Shown piece by piece: positions 39,341 to 45,722 of a stretch of DNA of 45,722 bases. The stretch comes from an uncultured Hyphomicrobiales bacterium. GTDB lineage: Bacteria > Pseudomonadota > Alphaproteobacteria > Rhizobiales > Beijerinckiaceae. Each line of letters opens with the position of its first letter. Position 1 is the first letter of the stretch. Where the stretch lies: assembly GCA_963923415.1 (NCBI GenBank), contig CAWUMW010000001.1, forward strand, positions 1 to 45,722. Reading direction: 5' to 3'. The notes under the pieces were generated by a model, which made no database searches, was not told the origin of the DNA, and saw only the letters and a program-made list of their open reading frames with translations. The position numbers were made by a program, and so were the translations under genes.

Positions 39341-39661
39341 TTAAAATAATTTCAAACCGGGCGGGATCGGTAGGCCTGCGGTCAATGCACTCATTTTTTC
39401 TTGCATCAAACTCTCACCCTTGGCTTTTGCATCATGAAATGCCGCTGTGAGTAAATCCTCTAAAATTTCTTTGTCTTCTGGCTTGAGCAGACTGTCATCA
39501 ATCTGAATGGATTTAACCTGACCTTTTGCGCTCATAACAATTTTTACAAGATCGGCCCCAGCGCGCCCTTCGACATCAATTTTTTCGACTTCAGCTTGCA
39601 GGCTGGCAAATTTTTCTTGCATTGCCTGTACTTGTTTCATCATACCAAACATATCTTTCAT
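39341..39661 (-). CDS. ybaB: YbaB/EbfC-family nucleoid-associated protein
   Basis: 106 aa ([11 protein letters not shown]...). Canonical position between dnaX and recR. Confidence 0.9.
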   Translation of the reverse strand: MKDMFGMMKQVQAMQEKFASLQAEVEKIDVEGRAGADLVKIVMSAKGQVKSIQIDDSLLKPEDKEILEDLLTAAFHDAKAKGESLMQEKMSALTAGLPIPPGLKLF

Positions 39662-39682
39662 TGTTCTTCCTTGTCTGATTGA

Positions 39683-41488
39683 TCAATCGCTATCGGTCTC
39701 GAGCAGTGTGAAATCAAATTCATCCTCTGTTTGCTCTTGTACGCTTTGCGTCTCTTCACTGATTTCATTCTCACGTACATCAATCACCCGCGCGCCGGGG
39801 AAAAACGCCAAGACTGATTTTACCAAAGGATTGCTTTTGACATCATCGAGCAATGTGGCTGTTTCACGCTCAGCCACTTCACGAAGTGTCTCTGCCCCTT
39901 TTTCATTCGAGAGGGCAATGATCCAGCGCCGTCCGGTCCAATCTTGTAATTTTTTCCCAAGTTCAGCAGCCAGACTCGCTGGTGCATTGTCAACGAGAGC
40001 AAATTCAAGCTTTCCATCTTCAAAGCGCACCAAACGAATATCGTTTTCTAATGCGCGCTTCATCATAATATCGCGCTTGTCTGTGGCCAATTGCACCAGA
40101 TCTTCAAACCGATTAAGCCTCATGACCGCTGTTGAGCTTGATGGTTGAACCGCATAATCTGGCTGTTGTTGATTGGCAACGACTAACCGTGTCGCTGTTG
40201 CTTGCGGGCCGCCGCCACCACCTCTTGGCGCCATGGGAGCTGAAGTGGTTGACCCGGATTGGCTCTCAAGTGCTTTAAGGGCTTCATCGGGTGTGGGAAG
40301 GTCTGCCGCATAAGCCAAGCGTATAAGCAACATCTCAGCAGCAGCCATCGGTCGCGCTGCCTCAATCACTTCCCGATAGCCTTTCAGCAACATCTGCCAA
40401 CACCGCGATAATTCGCGCATCGGGATGTGGCTCAAGGCTAATCCCCGCTCGCGTTCCATCGCAGTGACCGAGCCGTCTTGTCCAGCCTCCGGTACGACTT
40501 TTAAGCGTGTGACAAAATGCGTAAAACTCGCTAGGTCGCTGATGATCGTTGCTGGATCTGCGCCCTGATCATATTGCCCACGCATTTCCTGCAAAGCATT
40601 TGCACACTCGCCGCGCATGACCGATTCAAACAAATCAATAATCCGTCCGCGATCAGCCAAGCCCAGCATTTGCCTCACCGCATCGGCTTCAACTTGCGTT
40701 CCACTATAAGCAATTGCCTGATCTAAAAGCGACAGGGCATCGCGCACTGATCCTTCCGATGCACGCGCGATCATGCTTAAAGCATCCGCGTCGATTGTGA
40801 TGCCTTCAGCTGTGCAAATACGCTGCAAATGCGCCATTAAGGTTTCAGCTTCAACGCGTCTTAAATCAAAGCGCTGGCACCGTGATAAAATCGTAACTGG
40901 AACCGAACGGATATCGGTGGTTGCAAAAATAAATTTTGCGTGCGGAGGCGGTTCTTCCAATGTTTTCAAAAACGCATTGAATGCGCTTTTCGACAACATA
41001 TGAACTTCGTCGATGATATAAACTTTGTAACGAGCAGAGACAGGGGCATAACGCACACTGTCATTGATCTGCCTGACATCATCAACGCTCGTATGCGAGG
41101 CGGCATCCATTTCCAGCACATCAATATGCCGCGATTCAATGATCGCGCGGCAATGTATCCCTTCAACAGGCATCACTACGGTTGGACCACACCCCTGCGC
41201 GTCTGTTTGATAATTTAACCCGCGTGCCAAAATGCGTGCCGTTGTGGTTTTGCCCACCCCACGCACACCGGTTAAAATCCATGCTTGCGGAATACGCCCC
41301 GCCGCAAAAGCATTGGACAAGGTGCGCACCATGGCATCCTGCCCAATTAAATCATCAAAAGTTTGCGGACGATATTTGCGCGCCAAAACGCGATAGGGCG
41401 TTTGAGCGCCCCCAGCCTCTGCACGATCGAGCCCGAGGCCAAGGTCTTTCATCACAGAATCTTGAGAGGGTAAATCGGTTTCAGACAT
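39683..41488 (-). CDS. dnaX: DNA polymerase III subunit gamma/tau
   Basis: 601 aa. YRPQTFDDLIGQ, Walker A GVRGVGKTTTAR, DEVHMLS, and SRCQRFDL. Confidence 0.96.
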   Translation of the reverse strand: MSETDLPSQDSVMKDLGLGLDRAEAGGAQTPYRVLARKYRPQTFDDLIGQDAMVRTLSNAFAAGRIPQAWILTGVRGVGKTTTARILARGLNYQTDAQGCGPTVVMPVEGIHCRAIIESRHIDVLEMDAASHTSVDDVRQINDSVRYAPVSARYKVYIIDEVHMLSKSAFNAFLKTLEEPPPHAKFIFATTDIRSVPVTILSRCQRFDLRRVEAETLMAHLQRICTAEGITIDADALSMIARASEGSVRDALSLLDQAIAYSGTQVEADAVRQMLGLADRGRIIDLFESVMRGECANALQEMRGQYDQGADPATIISDLASFTHFVTRLKVVPEAGQDGSVTAMERERGLALSHIPMRELSRCWQMLLKGYREVIEAARPMAAAEMLLIRLAYAADLPTPDEALKALESQSGSTTSAPMAPRGGGGGPQATATRLVVANQQQPDYAVQPSSSTAVMRLNRFEDLVQLATDKRDIMMKRALENDIRLVRFEDGKLEFALVDNAPASLAAELGKKLQDWTGRRWIIALSNEKGAETLREVAERETATLLDDVKSNPLVKSVLAFFPGARVIDVRENEISEETQSVQEQTEDEFDFTLLETDSD

Positions 41489-41628
41489 AAGCGGATAAAC
41501 CGAACCTTTAAGATGCTAACCCGCCAGAACTCGGGCCTTGAGTCTTGATCACTCATAGCCAAATCGGATGAGATGAAGGACAGTTCCAAAATTTTGCTTA
41601 AAAAGCAAATCAGAAAATCCAGTTTAGA

Positions 41629-41729
41629 AGGTGGGAGGCTGGACGGAGACCCGCCCGTTCTCGTTAGGGCTGCTTCCTTCCGGACCTGACCCGGTTGGCG
41701 AGTGGTACGTCCACCACCAACCTCCCGCT
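41629..41729 (-). ncRNA. ffs: Signal recognition particle RNA (small bacterial 4.5S type)
   Basis: Minus strand contains the conserved domain IV core GGGTCAGGTCCGGAAGGAAGCAGCC. Complementary ends (GGGAGG...TGGACG / CGTCCA...CCTCCCACC) flank it. Position immediately upstream of dnaX is canonical. Ends are approximate, plus or minus 5 nt. Confidence 0.88.
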
Positions 41730-41793
41730 CTCTCTATCGCCGAAGGCGCATCTAAAAACAAGTCAAATTCCTGCAAATTGAACGGATTTCAAT

Positions 41794-41928
41794 TCATATT
41801 CCGTATTTTTTACAGATCTTAAGCCGTTTGGCCTTATCATAATCATCAATCACCCAGCACCCACCGGACGGCTGTTTTTGTGCGAAGGGGGGATGACATT
41901 TTTCTTCTTTTAAGACACACACGCGCAT
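41794..41928 (-). CDS. Candidate 44-aa four-cysteine small protein (unverified)
   Basis: ATG-initiated C-terminal part of track ORF 41794..42081: MRVCVLKEEKCHPPFAQKQPSGGCWVIDDYDKAKRLKICKKYGI. Codon usage looks plausible, but there is no clear SD and only 48 nt to the divergent nudC start. Confidence 0.25.
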   Translation of the reverse strand: MRVCVLKEEKCHPPFAQKQPSGGCWVIDDYDKAKRLKICKKYGI

Positions 41929-41976
41929 GCGTCTTTTCGCATCAAGACTCGTCAGATCCATAGGGAGACCCGAACC

Positions 41977-42942
41977 GTGGCAGCCTCTAACAAAGTCGTT
42001 AAAAATGAACGCTCCGCCCAACTCGGCTATGCCATGAACCCTTTGGATCGGGTTGCGCAATTTCGCGATAAACCCGAACAATTAGCAAAATTTGCTGCTG
42101 ATCCCTCGCGTCGTGAATTGATTCTGGAAGGGGACAATCCCATTTTTCATGCCGATGCCTCTGCTCCGAACACAAAAATTTGGTTTTCTCCGCAAGAAGC
42201 CGATCACTTAGGGGCGGCACAGTTCACTCTCTTTTTGGGCCTCTTAGATAAACAACCTGTTTTTGCGCGTGCGCATGCATCCAGAGCGCCAGAACAGGCC
42301 GTTCCACCCAATCTGGTCACGACAGATCTGCGCTCAATGGCGGTTCAAGGCTTGGTAAGGGAACCAGAATTGGGAATTCTTGCGCAAGCCAAAAGCATGA
42401 TTGGCTGGCATCGCACGCATGGATTTTGCGCCCAATGCGGCCAAGCGACACAGCTTGCTAGTGGTGGATGGAAACGCGATTGCCAAAGCTGCAAAGCGCA
42501 GCATTTTCCCCGCACCGATCCAGTCTCCATTATGCTGGTGACCGATGGCGAGCGCTGCCTTTTAGGGCGTCAGGCCCGTTTTGTCGCCAATTCCTATTCC
42601 TGTCTTGCCGGTTTTATTGAACCGGGAGAAACCATGGAAGATGCCGTTCGCCGGGAAGTCTTTGAAGAAGCAGGCATTGTCGTGGGCGATGTGCGCTATT
42701 TATGCAACCAACCTTGGCCGTTCCCGTCCTCCCTGATGATTGGCTGTCTCGCCCAAGCTCTGAGCCATGACATTGTCATGGATACCGAAGAATTGGAGGA
42801 TGTGCGCTGGTTTTCACGCGACGATGTCCGCAAAATGCTCACCCGCACCCATCCGGATGGATTAATCTGTCCGCCGCCAATTGCCATTGCCAATCGGCTA
42901 ATGCAGGCATGGGCCTTTGAAAATGTCGGCCTGACAGATTGA
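41977..42942 (+). CDS. nudC: NAD+ diphosphatase / NADH pyrophosphatase (NUDIX)
   Basis: GTG start with a GGGAGA SD 8 nt upstream. Zinc ribbon CAQCG...CQSC, and Nudix box GFIEPGETMEDAVRREVFEEAGI. Confidence 0.9.
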   Translation: MAASNKVVKNERSAQLGYAMNPLDRVAQFRDKPEQLAKFAADPSRRELILEGDNPIFHADASAPNTKIWFSPQEADHLGAAQFTLFLGLLDKQPVFARAHASRAPEQAVPPNLVTTDLRSMAVQGLVREPELGILAQAKSMIGWHRTHGFCAQCGQATQLASGGWKRDCQSCKAQHFPRTDPVSIMLVTDGERCLLGRQARFVANSYSCLAGFIEPGETMEDAVRREVFEEAGIVVGDVRYLCNQPWPFPSSLMIGCLAQALSHDIVMDTEELEDVRWFSRDDVRKMLTRTHPDGLICPPPIAIANRLMQAWAFENVGLTD

Positions 42943-42988
42943 TCTCCAGAAAAGTGAGACCGGACTGTGGACGTCTGGTTAAACTTTT

Positions 42989-43846
42989 TTAGCCAGCTTT
43001 TTGGGACGCAATCCGAAAGGGATGAGCTTTATAACAGCCTAAAATACGTACTTCTTTGGAAAAAAAGTCTAACTCCTCCAAAGCCCGCTTCACATGCGGA
43101 TCCTCTGGATGCCCGTCCACATCGGCTAAAAACTGGGTCGCTGAAAATTCGCCTTCAACCATGTAGCTTTCCAATTTGGTCATATTGACCCCATTGGTGG
43201 CAAAACCGCCCAAGGCTTTATACAAAGCCGCCGGCACATTGCGCACCCGGAAAACAAAAGTGGTAACAAGCGGCTCCGGGCCCTGCTGAGCCCATTGAGC
43301 CGTCTTTGATAATACCACGAAACGGGTCGTATTATGGGCCTCGTCCTCTACATTTTCCGCTAAAATATCAAGGCCATATATCTTGGCCGCCAAAGCGGTG
43401 GCCAAAGAGCCTTTGCTTTTATCCTGCCATTCTGACACTTCGCGGGCTGATCCAGCCGTATCGCCTGCCACCACAGGCTTTAAGCCATGTTGACGCAAAA
43501 TTTTGCGACATTGGCCCAGAGCATGCACATGCGAATGAACCGTTTTGAGATCGCTGATTGTGGCCCCTTTCAACCCTAAAAGCTGAAAATGGATCGGTAA
43601 AAAATATTCGCCCACAATATATAGTCCCGATCGAGGCAAAAAATGATGGATATCCGCAACGCGACCGGCAATCGAATTTTCAATCGGGATCATGCCCAAT
43701 TGCGCCGAACCATCAGAAATCGCCGCAAAAGCGTCTTCGAAAGAGGCACAAGGAAGGGGGATGCCGTCAGGATAAACATCCCGACACGCAATATCGGAAT
43801 TGGCGCCTGGTTCCCCTTGATAGGCGATGGTCACTGAATGTGTCAT
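42989..43846 (-). CDS. pheA: Prephenate dehydratase
   Basis: 285 aa. IAYQGEPGANSD N-terminus, TRF motif (NTTRFVVL), and a C-terminal ACT domain. Confidence 0.9.
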   Translation of the reverse strand: MTHSVTIAYQGEPGANSDIACRDVYPDGIPLPCASFEDAFAAISDGSAQLGMIPIENSIAGRVADIHHFLPRSGLYIVGEYFLPIHFQLLGLKGATISDLKTVHSHVHALGQCRKILRQHGLKPVVAGDTAGSAREVSEWQDKSKGSLATALAAKIYGLDILAENVEDEAHNTTRFVVLSKTAQWAQQGPEPLVTTFVFRVRNVPAALYKALGGFATNGVNMTKLESYMVEGEFSATQFLADVDGHPEDPHVKRALEELDFFSKEVRILGCYKAHPFRIASQKAG

Positions 43847-43875
43847 GCTGTTTTCTTTTCAAAAAGTCTTTATGA

Positions 43876-44622
43876 TCAGTGTGTTGTGAAATATTTTGTA
43901 ATCAGGTGCCGGGCTCGTTCCAAGTCTTCGGGCGTATCAACGCCTAAGGGCACATCCTCCACTTGCACGGCATCAATCCGCATCCCGGCTTCCAAAGCCC
44001 GTAATTGCTCCAGACGCTCGCGCTTTTCCAAGGTCGAAGGCGGCAAACTGACAAAACGCGCCAAAGCTTGTCTGCGCCATGCATAAAGTCCGATGTGATG
44101 ATAAAGCGGACCATCACCCCATGGCGCCGTCACACGGGTAAAATATAAAGCCCTAAAATGGCGTGAACCAAGCGGCGTTAAAATGGGTTTGACCACATTC
44201 GGATTGGTTTTTTCCTCATCCCGGATGATTTCAACCACTAAAGTTGCCAGATCGACAGCCTTATCCGCCAAAGGCACCACAGAAGCGGCAATCGCTTTGG
44301 GATCAATGGTTGGCAAATCGCCCTGCACATTGACGATCACGTCATGATGACCCTGCGGGTCCAATGTCTGGATTGCTTCATAAATCCGGTCTGATCCCGA
44401 GGGATGATCAGACCGCGTTAAAACAGCAGTTCCACCCATTTTTTCAATGGCTTGCACAATTTCTGGTTCATCGGTTGCCACCGCCACCGGACCAATACCA
44501 GCCTCCATCGCCCGCCGCCAAACATGAACAATCATAGGATCGCCGCCAATATCAGCCATCGGTTTATTGGGCAAACGGGTTGAAGCCATGCGGGCTGGGA
44601 TCAAAACAATCGGATCAGACAT
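43876..44622 (-). CDS. kdsB: 3-deoxy-manno-octulosonate cytidylyltransferase (CMP-KDO synthetase)
   Basis: 248 aa. [20 protein letters not shown], and VNVQGDLP. Confidence 0.95.
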   Translation of the reverse strand: MSDPIVLIPARMASTRLPNKPMADIGGDPMIVHVWRRAMEAGIGPVAVATDEPEIVQAIEKMGGTAVLTRSDHPSGSDRIYEAIQTLDPQGHHDVIVNVQGDLPTIDPKAIAASVVPLADKAVDLATLVVEIIRDEEKTNPNVVKPILTPLGSRHFRALYFTRVTAPWGDGPLYHHIGLYAWRRQALARFVSLPPSTLEKRERLEQLRALEAGMRIDAVQVEDVPLGVDTPEDLERARHLITKYFTTH

Positions 44623-44881
44623 TGGGGTCCCGGTCGGTTTTAACGGTCAAATCTGCGCATCATCACGCTTTGATCATGCCGCGTTGATTAATCGGTTCGG
44701 CAAAAGTAGTAAACGCCTATTCCACTTATACGAGTTGCCAAGCATACGGAAAAGCGGGTAATCATAAGATCGTCCTGGCAACAAAACGGCGGCCTGAAAG
44801 GGCCGGAACCTGTCTGTCAGAGCGAAATTTTATCAACCTCTATAGACGAGACCAACTGATCAATGATACGCACGGCAAGCT

Positions 44882-44905
44882 CTTGTAACATCCCCTTGTA
44901 ACATC
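44882..44905 (+). promoter_or_regulatory. Direct repeat CTTGTAACATC x2 (13-nt register) upstream of the cytochrome c gene
   Basis: Exact 11-mers at 44882-44892 and 44895-44905. The second also forms the inverted repeat CCTTGT-N6-ACAAGG. It ends 48 nt before the ATG at 44953. Confidence 0.35.
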
Positions 44906-44952
44906 ACAAGGACATGTTAGGGAGAGGTGTGATCAAGCTGCGGAGCATAAGC

Positions 44953-45507
44953 ATGGATTCTTTTGAATTAAATAAGATGGCCGGTGGCGTCTTGGCTGGC
45001 CTATTGTTCATGATGGGTCTCGGCATTTTGTCCGATGCAATCTTCAAAGCAAAACAGCCGCTTGTTGCTGGCTATGCTCTGCCCTCCGCTGATGAAGGGA
45101 CATCCTCTGCTGCTGCACCCGCTGCTGCCGCTCCCGCCGAGCCGATTGCTGTCCGTCTGGCGAGCGCCGATGCGAAAAAGGGTGAAGCGACGGCGAAAGC
45201 TTGCACAGCCTGCCACTCTTTCGATAAAGGCGGCGCTAACAAAGTGGGGCCCGCTCTTTACAATGTCGTTGAACGGGCCAAAGGGGCCTCTGCTGGCTTT
45301 AATTATTCCGCAGGTCTTAAAGAGCGCGCTGGCAAAGGGGAAAAATGGGATTATGACTCCCTTGATGCTTTCCTGACCAATCCCAAAGCCTATATTGCTG
45401 GGACTGCGATGAGCTATGCCGGTCTGGCAGATCCGGCCAAGCGGGCTGATCTGATTGCCTATTTACGCAATCTGGCGGATACGCCGGCCCCGCTGCCTGC
45501 CAAATAA
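44953..45507 (+). CDS. Membrane-anchored c-type cytochrome (CycM-like)
   Basis: Trimmed to the ATG at 44953 with a GGAG SD 7 nt upstream. N-terminal TM anchor, Ala/Pro linker, heme site CTACH, and distal Met in GTAMSYAG. Confidence 0.88.
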   Translation: MDSFELNKMAGGVLAGLLFMMGLGILSDAIFKAKQPLVAGYALPSADEGTSSAAAPAAAAPAEPIAVRLASADAKKGEATAKACTACHSFDKGGANKVGPALYNVVERAKGASAGFNYSAGLKERAGKGEKWDYDSLDAFLTNPKAYIAGTAMSYAGLADPAKRADLIAYLRNLADTPAPLPAK

Positions 45508-45527
45508 TTTCACAAGGCTCAATAATC

Positions 45528-45567
45528 AAAAAACCGCTTGGGAGACGAGTTCCCAAGCGGTTTTTTT
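45528..45567. terminator. Bidirectional intrinsic terminator
   Basis: A6-CCGCTTGGGA-N7-TCCCAAGCGG-T7: a 10-bp perfect stem flanked by A and T runs. It lies between the cytochrome c gene and a convergent partial ORF. Confidence 0.88.
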
Positions 45568-45632
45568 ATGATCTCTATTTTTATAATCATTGATCAACTG
45601 GTCAAATATGACCAAATTGAACTAAAATCGGC

Positions 45633-45722
45633 CTATTTAGGGGCCAAAACCATAATCATCTGCCGGCCTTCGAGCATCGGTTCTGATTCGATTTTGGAAA
45701 TATCGAACATTTCAGCCTTCAC
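45633..45722 (-). CDS. 3' end of an unidentified convergent gene, truncated by window edge
   Basis: The minus frame is open to the window edge: ...VKAEMFDISKIESEPMLEGRQMIMVLAPK*, with TAG at 45633-45635. The bidirectional terminator follows downstream. Too short to assign a family. Confidence 0.35.
   Translation of the reverse strand: MKAEMFDISKIESEPMLEGRQMIMVLAPK

Noticed and set aside
39683-41488. Search for a programmed -1 frameshift site (A AAA AAG type) in dnaX that would produce gamma.
   Set aside because: The only A-run seen is GGG AAA AAA TTA near codon 520 of 601. It is not in X XXY YYZ register and is far beyond where gamma normally ends.
45590-45614. Palindromes TTGATCAA and TGGTCA-N4-TGACCA between the bidirectional terminator and the partial convergent ORF.
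   Set aside because: They are short and lie in a 3' untranslated or convergent region where no promoter is expected. They do not fit the FixK/FNR spacing, and I cannot assign a role.

Overview
This 45.7-kb window reads as conserved chromosomal core of an alphaproteobacterium. Supporting synteny: Tim44-like/secB, lptC-lptA-lptB-rpoN, ffs-dnaX-ybaB-recR, rpmI-rplT and pheS-pheT, pheA-kdsB beside a membrane-anchored cytochrome c, and an NDUFA9-like epimerase. It holds about 45 densely packed, apparently intact protein genes, one tRNA-Leu(CAG) and one SRP (4.5S) RNA. The ORF track uses GTG/TTG starts, and several listed ORFs are 5'-extended; I trimmed these to the first ATG with a plausible Shine-Dalgarno (SD). 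I saw no CRISPR array, transposase, integrase, phage gene, recognisable defence gene or block of unknown genes. I therefore do not claim a new multi-gene system. The least ordinary points are: (1) rpoN is followed after 6 nt by a membrane acyltransferase-3 gene and a coiled-coil orphan instead of the usual hpf/ptsN. (2) An infC-less rpmI-rplT unit has a ~300-nt upstream region with a promoter-like element followed at once by an intrinsic-terminator-like hairpin, which could be a leader/attenuator or a small RNA. (3) A terminator and a DinB-family gene with its own promoter separate rplT from pheS. (4) Several sharp intergenic repeats and palindromes may be operators: upstream of secB, upstream of the cytochrome c gene, and between tRNA-Leu and the exonuclease gene. 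(5) A possible 44-aa four-cysteine ORF lies between ffs and nudC. All functional calls come from reading motifs in the translations by eye; no database search was run.
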